Below are positions 29,701 to 37,597 of a DNA stretch of 64,000 nucleotides, in pieces. The stretch is from an uncultured Candidatus Saccharibacteria bacterium (GTDB lineage: Bacteria; Patescibacteriota; Minisyncoccia; UBA6257; 1-14-0-10-44-23): assembly GCA_964549935.1 (NCBI GenBank), contig CAZJVT010000001.1:283922-347921 (forward strand), read 5' to 3'. Under the pieces are notes generated by a model, which saw only the letters and a list, made by a program, of their open reading frames with translations, searched no databases and was not told the origin of the DNA. Both the position numbers and the translations under genes were made by a program. Positions within the stretch are counted from its first letter, which is position 1, and each line of letters begins with the position of its first letter.

Positions 29701-30260
29701 ACGACCTAAGTCTCAAGTACTTCCTGCCGGCCAACTTGATCCCGCCGCGCGACGAGGGCTTTACGGTTACCCGCAACTTATATGCACTGACTGATACCAC
29801 CTACGCCAAGCCGCTTACAACCGCGAAGGTCGGCGACATAGTCCGCGGCGTAGTTACGATAGTGATGCCAAAGTACCGCCACTTCGTTGCACTCGAAGAT
29901 GCAATTCCGGCTGGGTTTGAGCTCGTCGACTTTAAGCTCAAGACCGAGGATCAGTCGGTCGTTGAGAGTCAGTCTGCGCCGACCCAAGAGCAGTCCGCGC
30001 TGTCCTCGACGCTGCCGGTCTCCTATGACGAGAGCGTTCCGCCTATTTTCGAGACCTTCTATCCGGACTTCGAGGAGCTGCGCGACGACCGCGTCTTCGC
30101 CTTCGAGCAGTCCGTAAAGCCGGGGACATATACCTATACCTACTACCTGCGCGCTACAGTCCCGGGCACCTTCCGCTACCTGCCGGCCGTGGTCAGCGAG
30201 ATGTACTATCCGGAAAACTTCGGGCGTAACGGCGGCAGTATGTTCACGGTGGAGCAGTAG
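23739..30260 (+). CDS. Bacterial alpha-2-macroglobulin family protein (2173 aa) with N-terminal Ig-like domains
   Basis: YTDRPIYRPGQ (MG2), FKDTAFW, LPDNLTKW, PRFVVPGD, thioester YPYGCSEQ, EMYYPE; N-terminal TM. Confidence 0.92.
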   Translation: MNIVERLKTWFAGLTQQKKIGSGVVGVVLIAFAVFFILHKGITGNFPFFTPQAQYQVVYELVSDKISQHSGIVVNLPDGTKLATATTTDSVSFTPQLTGSWIETKIPKALVYKPAVELKIGSHYQVSLATTDGVIKKDFIVDEDPKISSVFPNQDAEAELHSAITISFNRPMVPLTTLSVLDGLKVPVTITPATKGKFKWISTRTLQFVPETALIGSTNYAVTVGSQLVSMDGLAVPPATYHFATKALRLNYASQGTLTYSAPMRFQFNQPVDLEKTKPGVRLLWASKENLVPLVRYGKRIVSDSNGKAVSVEDKTVLEVLPSGTLHGNNNVWDFESAYQASIDVAYPIGGEIVLRQPSISQIITTPAIESVKVDSPSTTLGAVDLFDPNGTTTVNFYEDIDIGKSDISVKGLADINYGEKCAGVEQVNKYGYYGSYGAPCEKVSDHSQLVFTFDSGAKFKRGEQVPITFSKIVNAQGFQINKEPITVLLTVYPELQILRTAPADKQVGGSLREFVICTTVPLKEKDAADFSRDVKSDRYLSFERFNPSYRVDINRGYNEKCNPGEYSTRIYYGLIPLKPYSITMQLEDVFGAATTLKTSFTAENASTFSLDIRSMQKVYNVTAPEHTKLTYAAENFPVVQMSICKLDPKTMVDELTSESVYSSSRAPYTAGCLVNVKDDIAVPQEQWVYHYFQIDLAKYFKDTRGQYRITLTHPQYTDYQGRQTYSNTYVSVTNLAVVEKRVQWYSDNYYSRDAAKLENKLAVPDDTRGVVYFATNSGTLAPIAGATVRVYTKNGTDAPLDFGRIGATDIRGLAEFSLTKNVAGAVITSPDGVDSAIVTSWGDTLDSGAWGWARDVQRTYLYTDRPIYRPGQEVFFKGIYRINYDGFYKKPSEDTMAVEISDSKGAKVLSQNLPVSDFGTFGSSLKLPADAALGAYYISAGGNSAVFTVSAYAAAAFDAQATADKDEYVSGDTATLDIAAKYYFGAPLDGGSLSWSLTTQDYHFDRYSDANFSFGRGWYTCESCNYGDTYLKSGTADLDQNGKAQVKQALDFSELFKKATDVQSKIFVFHGTIKDKQGKSVSFQKSFIVHRGEFYLGIKADPSFVPSKTPFNVLAKTVDVTGKPTGELGLSYTIGKVSWQSFKRQEVDGGFYNRSERVVTPVITKSFRTDGTGDYSDEVTLSEPGEYEISATGTDRSGNEITAKGYVYAYGDGQVDVRQTNNATLDLKADKTDVKVGDTARLVIQNPFPRAKALVSVERGRIFSYEVLDITDSIFQYSFRVTDDHVPNVYAAVVLLAPGGQMKFGNLQFNVNRDQKKLSIEITTNKTSYLPGEQVTLTVKTTDALGRAVPANVSVAVADLSVLALSGNPKKNPLVFFYDGFPLTVSTEANTKNLLTETPIPSGTKGGSGGGGDGLANKVRGEFKDTAFWRSDAVTNAAGVATMTFTLPDNLTKWQVESVGITKDTLVGASYKEVIAQKQLMAVPIIPRFVVPGDEFMVGLKIFNQTNESQPLNASIKSATLKLVGASQKSLTIAAGKTETVYFPVVASATMDRGVHTLTLSAQNEDFNDTVEQRIPITRNMTYEATATANGTTDATSKEYLFLPGNVIPDQGGLTIKTSATLALYLTDALTYMFQYPYGCSEQIASKLRAIAIAKRVLTLPNVGKQFVLPKVQFDGKEYSIDDAVAIGMKQMLDNQNGDGGFTYYKWSGAKSDPALTATVLQSLMDLRAAGYSVSQNVIDLAVNYSYNQIGSHTEQYYRDNQYQFNEMIAVLSVLQRIRTSSVAYGSAVRTISNIATQSYISDKMGSMTLGTLALLTADPNTSFSAVMKTRAFAALQNRVAIDSRGAYVAPREGSVLWTFYETREKDSALLLEAVTIDKREYTETDNLIRSLMASRTKDGSWGSTNTTATVLNALAKYLEWKRELSSQFTLDTLLDGKSLVKSSFGPDNILKPIETFLATDKIALDKLHLISFAKENQNKEPNKFYYDLSLKYFLPANLIPPRDEGFTVTRNLYALTDTTYAKPLTTAKVGDIVRGVVTIVMPKYRHFVALEDAIPAGFELVDFKLKTEDQSVVESQSAPTQEQSALSSTLPVSYDESVPPIFETFYPDFEELRDDRVFAFEQSVKPGTYTYTYYLRATVPGTFRYLPAVVSEMYYPENFGRNGGSMFTVEQ

Positions 30261-30269
30261 GCAAAATCT

Positions 30270-30914
30270 ATGAGAAGATTATTTCTTGCTTCAGCGATAT
30301 CTTCTAGCTTAGATAAGGTCACGGAGTTGTTGGATAAGAAACCGGCAGATTTAAAGCTTGCCTTCGTTACCACAGCAGCGCATCCTTACGGCAAAAATCC
30401 TCCTTGGCTTGCCGCTGATAGAGAAAAGCTTATCGGAAATGGTTTTATAGTTTTCGATGTCGATATTAAAGATAAATCAAAAAAAGAGCTTGAAATCTTC
30501 TTTAGTGACTTTGATATCATCTGCGTTGGCGGAGGGAACTCATTCTATCTGCTCGAAAAAGCATTAAAGAGTGGTTTTGCTGAGGTAGTAAAAGAATTTG
30601 TCGCGAAGGGCAAACTGTACATCGGTTCGAGTGCCGGCTCAATTCTTCTTGGCCCAACGCTCGATCCGATAAAGACGATTGATAATCCTGAAGAGGTTCC
30701 GGATCTTAAAAAGTATGACGCCCTTGGCATAGTTGACTTCATCATTTTGCCTCATTTCGAAGGAGAGCAACGGACTGGATCCTATAAAAGGATAATGGAA
30801 GCTCCGGAGAACAAAAAATACAAATTTATTACTCTTACAGACGATGAGGCCGTCGCGGTGCAAGGTGACACGTATCGAATTGTTTCTTCTGGTGGGAGCA
30901 CTTTGCTTAAGTAA
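30270..30914 (+). CDS. Peptidase E (S51) / type 1 glutamine amidotransferase-like protein
   Basis: VGGGN, YIGSSAGS, ILPH. Confidence 0.85.
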   Translation: MRRLFLASAISSSLDKVTELLDKKPADLKLAFVTTAAHPYGKNPPWLAADREKLIGNGFIVFDVDIKDKSKKELEIFFSDFDIICVGGGNSFYLLEKALKSGFAEVVKEFVAKGKLYIGSSAGSILLGPTLDPIKTIDNPEEVPDLKKYDALGIVDFIILPHFEGEQRTGSYKRIMEAPENKKYKFITLTDDEAVAVQGDTYRIVSSGGSTLLK

Positions 30915-30940
30915 AGTGCTATAGAAGGGAGTAAGGAAGG

Positions 30941-33220
30941 TTACCGTAAAGTAATCCGAATCTTTTCCCGTTTGCCGGAGCTGGTTACAGCTTCAATGGT
31001 GTAGGTTTTTGGTTCGGTCGGATGGAAGTTGAGCTCGCTGGTTTTGCTCGCATAAAGTTCGCCATCTACATACCAGGAGACGACCTGGCTGGCGATGAGC
31101 GGAATTACCGTGTCGGCTTCGAGTTCGAAAACATCGCCCTGGTGCGGGGAGGTGATGAGCGATTGATTCGCGAGCAGTAGGTTGCGGTGCGCGGCGACGT
31201 TTTCGCCGGGGAAGCCGAAATCAGTTGTATCGCCGACGCTGACCGGTGCGGTGAGGTTAAACGGCAGCGGGGTTTGTTTGTTGTATGGCGTGTTTAGTAA
31301 GAGTTCCATCGCGTCGTGCCAGATAGCGCCCGCGCCCTCGGCGCCAGAGACCTGTTTGAGCGGCTTGTTTTCGGCGTTACCTAGCCAGGCGACGACGAGG
31401 AAGTCGGGGGTATAACCCATGGTCCAGCTGTCGTGGAAGTCTCGAGAGGTTCCGGTTTTCACGGCGTAGTTATGCTGCGAGAGGTTTAAGCTGGAGGCCA
31501 AGCCAAATTGTTCGACGCCGGAGGTGCGGTCGTTTAATACCTGCGAGACGAGTTGGATATATTTCGGATCGGCGACGCGTCGCTCCGGCAGCGCTGCGGA
31601 CATCGGCGTGGCGATTGTTTTGTTTTGCGTGCCGGAAGTAAAAAGCGTCAGCGGTTTTAAAACGCCTTGTAGTGGGAAAATTGAAAACAGGTGGGCGAGG
31701 GTGAGTGTGTCCATTTCCAGTCCGCCGAGTGCGATGCCGTATTGATAGCTACCCAGGTCGTTAAGCGGCTGAAAGCCGAGGGATTGTTGTAAGAAGTTGT
31801 AAAACGGTAGGAGGCCGACGTATTCCAGCGTTTTTACGGAGGGGACGTTTAAGCTGTTGCTAAGCGCGTAGTGCAGGGTAACGATGCCGCGGTACTGGCC
31901 GTCATAATTTTTTGGATAGAGCGGGAAGCCGTCTGCGGTTGGGAACTTGTACTCGCGATCGTCTACGAGTGAGTAGGGGCGCAGTCCGGCCTCGTAGCCC
32001 TTGAGATAAATGAACGGCTTGATGGTTGAGCCGATGGGGCGGGGCTGGATCGCCATATTTATCTGTGAGCCGGAGCGATTGGTGCCGGGGTCCGGGGAGC
32101 CAATCATCGCGACGAGTTCGTTTTCCGGTAGCTTGATGACTACGAGTGCGCCGGTGTGTGCGCCGGCGTCCCAGCCACGTTCAACGTGCTTTTTAACGAT
32201 CTCGCGCAACTGCTCCGTGAGTTTTGCGTCTAAGGTGGTCGTGCAGGTATCAACACATTTAGGCTGGGATTCGGAGTCACGGGGTTGCAATCCCGTCGCT
32301 TTCCGGCAAGAACTGGCTAACCCCGAACTTTCAGTAAGTCCGCCAGACCCTACGGGTATGCCGGATTCCTGAAAGTCCGGCTCGCTACAGTCCTTGCTTA
32401 AAATCGCCTGGGAGCCAACCCCGTAACTCCGAATAAGTGTCGCGAGTTCGAAGTTAAAGGGCAGCTCGTAGTCGTCTCGAGAGATGATGTTAACCTCCTG
32501 ACTCCCAAGCTGCACGCCGAGCTTGCCGGCGAGCATCTCGCGTTCTTTGAGGTTGGCCTTGGTCCAGGGATTTTTAGCGCTCGGGCTGCCGAGCGTGGCT
32601 AGCAGCGAGAGGATTTCGGCGTCGTTTAAGTCTGGTAGTTCTTTTTTGAAGTATGCCTCGCTGCCGTAGGCGAGTCCCTGGATATTGTTACCCAAATAAA
32701 CGGTGTTGCTGTACATCGTTAGGATTGTTTTCTTGGAGGTAAAAAGCTCCAGGTCCAGCGCGAGGAAAAACTCCTGCAGTTTGTGCCAGAGCGAGCGGTT
32801 GCTTTCATTGCCCAACACGTTTTTGACGAGCTGCATCGTAATCGTGCTGGCGCCGCCACCTTTCTCGCCAGAGAGGCTGGCGAGCGTAGCGCGAGCGATG
32901 CTGACGGGGTTTACGCCCGGGTGGTAATAAAAGAAGCGGTCTTCTTTTTTAACCAGCAGCTTTGCTACTCGCGGTGGGAGTGCGGCGGCGTAGCGGCTGT
33001 ACTCACCCTTTTGATTTGGCGAGAGCGAGAGAGAGATGCCGTTACGGTCTAAAATCGCGACTGATTGTAACGCGTGGTAGCGGTTGATAATCGCGACTTT
33101 GCCGCTGTATAAAAGCAGAACGAGGACGAGCGCGATCCAAAAAACCTTCACAAAGCTTTTGTCCGGCTTTTCGGTAAATACGCCTTTGAGGTGTTTTTTA
33201 AGATTATGGAGTCTCTTCAT
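30941..33220 (-). CDS. pbpC: Bifunctional transglycosylase/transpeptidase, PBP1C-like, with an in-frame palindromic insertion
   Basis: GT51 motifs KEDRFFYYHPG and GASTITMQLVKN; STIK, SLN, KTG; PbpC-like C-terminal domain; close to the alpha-2-macroglobulin gene. Confidence 0.85.
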   Translation of the reverse strand: MKRLHNLKKHLKGVFTEKPDKSFVKVFWIALVLVLLLYSGKVAIINRYHALQSVAILDRNGISLSLSPNQKGEYSRYAAALPPRVAKLLVKKEDRFFYYHPGVNPVSIARATLASLSGEKGGGASTITMQLVKNVLGNESNRSLWHKLQEFFLALDLELFTSKKTILTMYSNTVYLGNNIQGLAYGSEAYFKKELPDLNDAEILSLLATLGSPSAKNPWTKANLKEREMLAGKLGVQLGSQEVNIISRDDYELPFNFELATLIRSYGVGSQAILSKDCSEPDFQESGIPVGSGGLTESSGLASSCRKATGLQPRDSESQPKCVDTCTTTLDAKLTEQLREIVKKHVERGWDAGAHTGALVVIKLPENELVAMIGSPDPGTNRSGSQINMAIQPRPIGSTIKPFIYLKGYEAGLRPYSLVDDREYKFPTADGFPLYPKNYDGQYRGIVTLHYALSNSLNVPSVKTLEYVGLLPFYNFLQQSLGFQPLNDLGSYQYGIALGGLEMDTLTLAHLFSIFPLQGVLKPLTLFTSGTQNKTIATPMSAALPERRVADPKYIQLVSQVLNDRTSGVEQFGLASSLNLSQHNYAVKTGTSRDFHDSWTMGYTPDFLVVAWLGNAENKPLKQVSGAEGAGAIWHDAMELLLNTPYNKQTPLPFNLTAPVSVGDTTDFGFPGENVAAHRNLLLANQSLITSPHQGDVFELEADTVIPLIASQVVSWYVDGELYASKTSELNFHPTEPKTYTIEAVTSSGKREKIRITLR
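32269..32434. mobile_element. 166-bp palindromic element inside pbpC
   Basis: Ends ATTCGGAGTCACGGGGTTG / CAACCCCGTAACTCCGAAT (1 mismatch); centre CCAGACCCTACGGGTAT is shared with 33893-33909. Confidence 0.75.
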
Positions 33221-33351
33221 TACTCTTATCCTACCGCCGTCTACTAACTACTGTCTACTAACTACTATCCTAAATACGTGAAATAAAAAAGAATCACGAG
33301 TGTAGTATATGGGCAGCTGCAAAATATTATCCACAAACTATTAAATAAACC

Positions 33352-33810
33352 TTGAAAAATAAACAAAAATTTATTGGCTACGTTGTTGCACCCGCGGTTT
33401 TAGGTATGGCTATGCTTGGCACCGGAGTTGCTTCGGCGCACGGCTTAGGCTTTGGTCTTGGCGGTGGAGCGAGCAGTTTAACGCCGGACGAAATTGCGAC
33501 TCGCCAGCAGACGATGTTTGATAAGCAGGCGCAGATACTCGGTATCTCGGCCTCTGATGTCAAAGACGCCTGGGCGGCCGGCAAGACGTTTGACCAGATC
33601 ATTACCGAAAAAGGTCTAGATAAAGCAGCGGTTGAGCAGCGCATCAAGGATGCTGCGACGGTTCAAATGAAGGCCCAGCTTCAGGCTTTGGTGACCAAGG
33701 GGATTATCACACAGGCGCAGGCTGATAGCCGTCTTCAGTTTATGCAGACCCGTGCCGAAAACCGAAAAGGAAAGGGCATGATGAAGGGAATGCGCGGAAT
33801 CCAACTGTAA
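33352..33810 (+). CDS. Secreted hypothetical protein
   Basis: TTG start, signal peptide (VASA), LVTKGIITQAQAD motif; ECF-type motif at 33279-33307. Confidence 0.7.
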   Translation: MKNKQKFIGYVVAPAVLGMAMLGTGVASAHGLGFGLGGGASSLTPDEIATRQQTMFDKQAQILGISASDVKDAWAAGKTFDQIITEKGLDKAAVEQRIKDAATVQMKAQLQALVTKGIITQAQADSRLQFMQTRAENRKGKGMMKGMRGIQL

Positions 33811-33983
33811 CTCTGCATTACGAACCTCCAATTTTTGGTTCGTCCGACTCTTTCTTGCGGGGCTTAACTAGCCCCACACCTTTATAAAATGACCAGACCC
33901 TACGGGTATTACTCATTTTCTAAAAGTGCGGTTCGTTCTAAGCCACGCAAAGAAATAGTCTGGACGGAGGTTCGAACGCAGAG
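33811..33983. repeat. 173-bp bulged palindromic element (same family as the pbpC insert)
   Basis: CTCTGC..CGAACCTCC ... GGAGGTTCG..GCAGAG; central CCAGACCCTACGGGTAT. Confidence 0.75.
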
Positions 33984-34043
33984 CTCTTAGAAATTTTAGA
34001 GCTTCGCCGGAGTTTGAAATATTCCGGCGAAGAGCCAAGATTT

Positions 34044-34622
34044 TTAAAAATTCGCCTTCAGCCAGTCTTCTAGCGATTTTTGATCAGTGACATGGTATGC
34101 ACGCATGCCAACTTTTTTCGCGGCATCTACATTTGTCATCGCATCGTCAATAAAAAGACAGTTTTCGAGTGCGACTCCGAGTCTTTCAGCGCAATATTTG
34201 AATATTTCCGGCTCCGGCTTCATTAGCTTTATTTCGGAGGAAATAAAAACCGAATGAAAGTAGTCGTCGAGCTTAAATCCTTGCTTCTGAAAAAGTGGAC
34301 GTACGTAAGCAGCCGAAGAGTTTGAGCAGATTGCGGTTTTGTATCTATCTTTTAGTTTGGTAGCAATTTTAAATATATCTGAGTAGACAAGGAATCCTGA
34401 TTCCATTTCTCTTTGTATCGTGTCGGGCGTCTTGCCGACAGCCTTTGCGGCTGCATCGAAGAAATCGGATTGATTTTTCGTACCGATATCGAGGCCGAGC
34501 ATTATCGTGCGGAGCTCTTCGACAGCTTCAGGCTTGTCTTTGATATGCTCGCGTATCCATTTTTGATTGAATGTTTCGGAAAGCACCCCGAAGATATCAA
34601 AAATAATCGCCTGAATTGGCAT
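34044..34622 (-). CDS. HAD family phosphatase
   Basis: IIFDIFGV, SNS, KPEPEIF, FIDD. Confidence 0.88.
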   Translation of the reverse strand: MPIQAIIFDIFGVLSETFNQKWIREHIKDKPEAVEELRTIMLGLDIGTKNQSDFFDAAAKAVGKTPDTIQREMESGFLVYSDIFKIATKLKDRYKTAICSNSSAAYVRPLFQKQGFKLDDYFHSVFISSEIKLMKPEPEIFKYCAERLGVALENCLFIDDAMTNVDAAKKVGMRAYHVTDQKSLEDWLKANF

Positions 34623-34625
34623 ATG

Positions 34626-35216
34626 CTAACTAAAAAGTTCGGTTGCCAATTCATCCAGCCCCGTTTTCTTTGTCGAGGAGACGGGGAAGACCTCGTATGG
34701 TCCGGCCATGGCCAGCAGCTCCTTCATCTTGGCGTGGAATTCTTTTTGAGTCATTTTATCCACCTTGCTGGCGGCGATTAAAATATTTTTTGAGTGCTTT
34801 TTGAGCTCCTTAAACATATTTTCGTCTTGGGCGGTCATTCCGACGTTGGCGTCGATGATCAGTACGACGGCTTTTTGCTTGTGCTCGGAGTTAAATAAAT
34901 AGCCTTTGAGCAGGTTGATGATCGCATCGCGTTTGCCTTGCGAGCCACGGGCGTAGCCGTAACCGGGGAGGTCGACGAGGTGATACGCATTATTAATCAA
35001 AAACAGGTTTATCTGTTGCGTGCTGCCGGGGAGCGCACTGGTGCGGGCAACGCCACTGTGAGTTAGGGCGTTAATCAGGCTGGATTTGCCGACGTTAGAG
35101 CGGCCGATGAAGGCGATTTTTGGGAGCGCATCTTTGAGGATTCCAGTTTCGTCGCTAATCCCGCCCGAGGAGCTGGGAGTAAAGCCGGCTATGAACTTGG
35201 CGGAGCGGATGGTCAT
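34626..35216 (-). CDS. engB: Ribosome biogenesis GTPase YihA/YsxC
   Basis: GRSNVGKSS, DLPGYGYA, SKVDK. Confidence 0.92.
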   Translation of the reverse strand: MTIRSAKFIAGFTPSSSGGISDETGILKDALPKIAFIGRSNVGKSSLINALTHSGVARTSALPGSTQQINLFLINNAYHLVDLPGYGYARGSQGKRDAIINLLKGYLFNSEHKQKAVVLIIDANVGMTAQDENMFKELKKHSKNILIAASKVDKMTQKEFHAKMKELLAMAGPYEVFPVSSTKKTGLDELATELFS

Positions 35217-35274
35217 AGACTTTATCGTAACAGATTGGAGATATTTATGCGATTTTTACAAGCCTTTAAGATTT

Positions 35275-35310
35275 CTTATGGGCATATTCGCACGAATAGG
35301 TAAATGGACA
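35275..35310. repeat. Palindromic site, core ATTCGCACGAAT (family copy 2, hybrid arms)
   Basis: CTTATGGGCAT-ATTCGCACGAAT-AGGTAAATGGACA. Confidence 0.75.
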
Positions 35311-35347
35311 TTTTGCGGAAAAAGTATGATTTTTTAGAGTTTATGTT

Positions 35348-36268
35348 ATGCTGGGCTTTATGGATACTCAATTAGGTACAGTTGCAGGGGAGGTTCCTCG
35401 AGGCTCCTTCCAGCTAAAAGGCTTTAAGGCCAGTAAGGTAGTCGTTAAGGAGTCCTGGGCTGTTTTACAGAAAGACAAGGAGATTATGGGCTTTACGGTC
35501 CTTTCTGCTATCTGTACATTGCTGGCTCTTACGGTAATGGCTATTTTGTATTATTTTTTGATTTTGCATGGAAGCAGCACGGCGTTTTACTACGACAAAA
35601 CTCAACACGTAAACGTTTTCATTCAGTACGGGACGCTGCTCATGTATTACGTCGTTATCTACTTCATTACCAATTTCTTCCAGGCAGGGCTTTTTACTAT
35701 CGTCCAGGGGCGCTTCGAAGGAAAAGATTTGAATTTCAACGATGGATTAGCCGGTGCAAAAAAGAATCTGGCAAAAATCTTTTTGTGGTCGCTCATTGCG
35801 GCGACGGTTGGTATGATTTTGCAAATTATCTCCGACAAGGCGAAGATAGTCGGGAAAATCGTGTCGTCGCTGCTTGGTGCCGCCTGGAACATTTTGACTT
35901 ACTTTAGTTTGCCGGCGCTCGTTATCGGTAATTCAAGTGTTAAGGAGTCATTTAAAACCTCCGCCGCGATGATTCGGAAAACGTGGGGAGAGGCGATTAT
36001 CGTTAATTTCGGTGTCGGGACTGTCTTCGGCCTGATAGCTTTTGCGGTTATCGCTTTCTCCGTCGGCGTTATCGTTCTTTTGCCGTCGATGTTTACTAGT
36101 ATCGCAGTCGGTGCATTTCTCGCCATTGCGCTCGTTGTCCTCATCGTTATCTCCTCGACACTTAGTGCGATTTTCAAGTTAGCACTGTTTAATTACGCGC
36201 GTACCGGTCAGGTGCCGTCAGTGTTTTCTGCAGACCTCGTCAAAGCAGCAATCAAAGTAAAACCCTAG
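35348..36268 (+). CDS. Multi-pass membrane protein (DUF6159-like)
   Basis: SWAVLQKDKE, about six TMs, KTWGE motif; start at 35348 or 35360. Confidence 0.75.
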   Translation: MLGFMDTQLGTVAGEVPRGSFQLKGFKASKVVVKESWAVLQKDKEIMGFTVLSAICTLLALTVMAILYYFLILHGSSTAFYYDKTQHVNVFIQYGTLLMYYVVIYFITNFFQAGLFTIVQGRFEGKDLNFNDGLAGAKKNLAKIFLWSLIAATVGMILQIISDKAKIVGKIVSSLLGAAWNILTYFSLPALVIGNSSVKESFKTSAAMIRKTWGEAIIVNFGVGTVFGLIAFAVIAFSVGVIVLLPSMFTSIAVGAFLAIALVVLIVISSTLSAIFKLALFNYARTGQVPSVFSADLVKAAIKVKP

Positions 36269-36270
36269 AG

Positions 36271-36304
36271 TGTCTATTCTCTAATTCGCGCGAATAGGTA
36301 AATG
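36271..36304. repeat. Palindromic site, core ATTCGCGCGAAT (family copy 3)
   Basis: TGTCTATTCTCTA-ATTCGCGCGAAT-AGGTAAATG; 36284-36304 matches 35286-35306 at 20/21. Confidence 0.75.
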
Positions 36305-36309
36305 AGTGT

Positions 36310-36543
36310 ATGGATTCAAAAGCACGACCGCATCCCAATGACCCGCTGCACGGCAAGACACTCCAATCAATCTTAGAGTTTTTAGTCGAGCGCTACGGAT
36401 TCCCGGAGCTCGGCGCCCGGATTAAAATCAACTGCTTTTTAAAAGACCCGAGTATCAAGTCGAGCCTGACATTTCTGCGCAAAACTCCCTGGGCCCGCGA
36501 GAAGGTGGAGCTTTTGTACGTTCGAACGATTGGGGGATTTTAG
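36310..36543 (+). CDS. VF530/DUF2132 family small DNA-binding protein
   Basis: PLHGKTL...[26 protein letters not shown]. Confidence 0.88.
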   Translation: MDSKARPHPNDPLHGKTLQSILEFLVERYGFPELGARIKINCFLKDPSIKSSLTFLRKTPWAREKVELLYVRTIGGF

Positions 36544-37430
36544 ACCACTGCCGGTGTCTTTTTTAGTTTCAGCTGATCGGTCAGCAGGAAGACTCCGAAA
36601 ACCATTGGAATGAGTGATGCGAGCTGCCAAGCATTGGGAGTTTGATGAAGCAGGAGCCAGGCAAAGATAAGCGTGAAGAGCGGCGAGACGCTTGAGAGCG
36701 CTAGAGCTTTGGTTACGGCAATGCGGTGAATTCCTTCGAGCCACATAATTTTTGATACGCCGAAGATGATTGCTCCGTTAATAAGCAGGAAGAGAAGCGA
36801 GGAACGAACATCGGCAAATGACGTGTGTTGTCCAAGAATCGCGCTTAGTCCAAAAACAATAGGGAAGGTCAGGATGCTACGAGCGAATAAAATAGTTTCG
36901 CTTGAGGCAATTTTACGGGCTTTCTGCTGCGCGGAGTTGCCCATTGGAGTAAAAAAGGTAGCAGCAAGGATAAGAATGTCGCCAACATTAAAGTGCGTAA
37001 AGTTTGGCCAGAGCACGATCAGTGCGCCTAATACCATGAGGCCTGCACCCAGCGTATGTTCTTTCGAAACATGATCTTTGCGTATGATATGAAAAAATAT
37101 GAATGAAGTTAAGATTTCGAAAAGAGCAACGATGCTTGAGTTGCCGGCGGTTGTTTTAGTTAGCCCGACAAAAACTAACCCGTAGTACATCAGGCCGTTA
37201 AAGAAAGCGATTGCGAGAGCGTATTTCCAAAGTTGTAGATTTGCGAGTTCTTTTACTTTTTTCCTTAATAGCACAATGATGCCGAAGAAGATGGCGGCGA
37301 AAACAATGCTCCACGAAAGTGAGGCTAGGCCGGAGAGCTTGGCATAGGTCAAAATTGTGACGATAGGGAAGAAGCCCCAGATAAATGTTTGGGCGAGGAT
37401 TATCGATTCGCCTTTGCGTTGCTCGGTCAT
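36540..37430 (-). CDS. DMT/EamA family transporter
   Basis: About ten TMs in two EamA repeats. Confidence 0.85.
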   Translation of the reverse strand: MTEQRKGESIILAQTFIWGFFPIVTILTYAKLSGLASLSWSIVFAAIFFGIIVLLRKKVKELANLQLWKYALAIAFFNGLMYYGLVFVGLTKTTAGNSSIVALFEILTSFIFFHIIRKDHVSKEHTLGAGLMVLGALIVLWPNFTHFNVGDILILAATFFTPMGNSAQQKARKIASSETILFARSILTFPIVFGLSAILGQHTSFADVRSSLLFLLINGAIIFGVSKIMWLEGIHRIAVTKALALSSVSPLFTLIFAWLLLHQTPNAWQLASLIPMVFGVFLLTDQLKLKKTPAVV

Positions 37431-37432
37431 AA

Positions 37433-37588
37433 TTACTTTTTCCAGTCGCGGATGATAATTTTCTTGCCGTCGAGGGTGACAACCAGTTTCTGCTTTTCGC
37501 GCAGCTTAAGCTCCTGGACGATTTCAGCGGGGATCACAACAGCAAAGCTACGCTTCGCCACGCGGGTTACTTTGCGAATGTATTTCAT
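37433..37588 (-). CDS. AbrB/MazE/SpoVT-family DNA-binding protein, 51 aa; not in ORF track
   Basis: MKYIRKVTRVAKRSFAVVIPAEIVQELKLREKQKLVVTLDGKKIIIRDWKK*; ends 2 nt before the EamA start. Confidence 0.8.
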   Translation of the reverse strand: MKYIRKVTRVAKRSFAVVIPAEIVQELKLREKQKLVVTLDGKKIIIRDWKK

Positions 37589-37597
37589 GCATATAGT

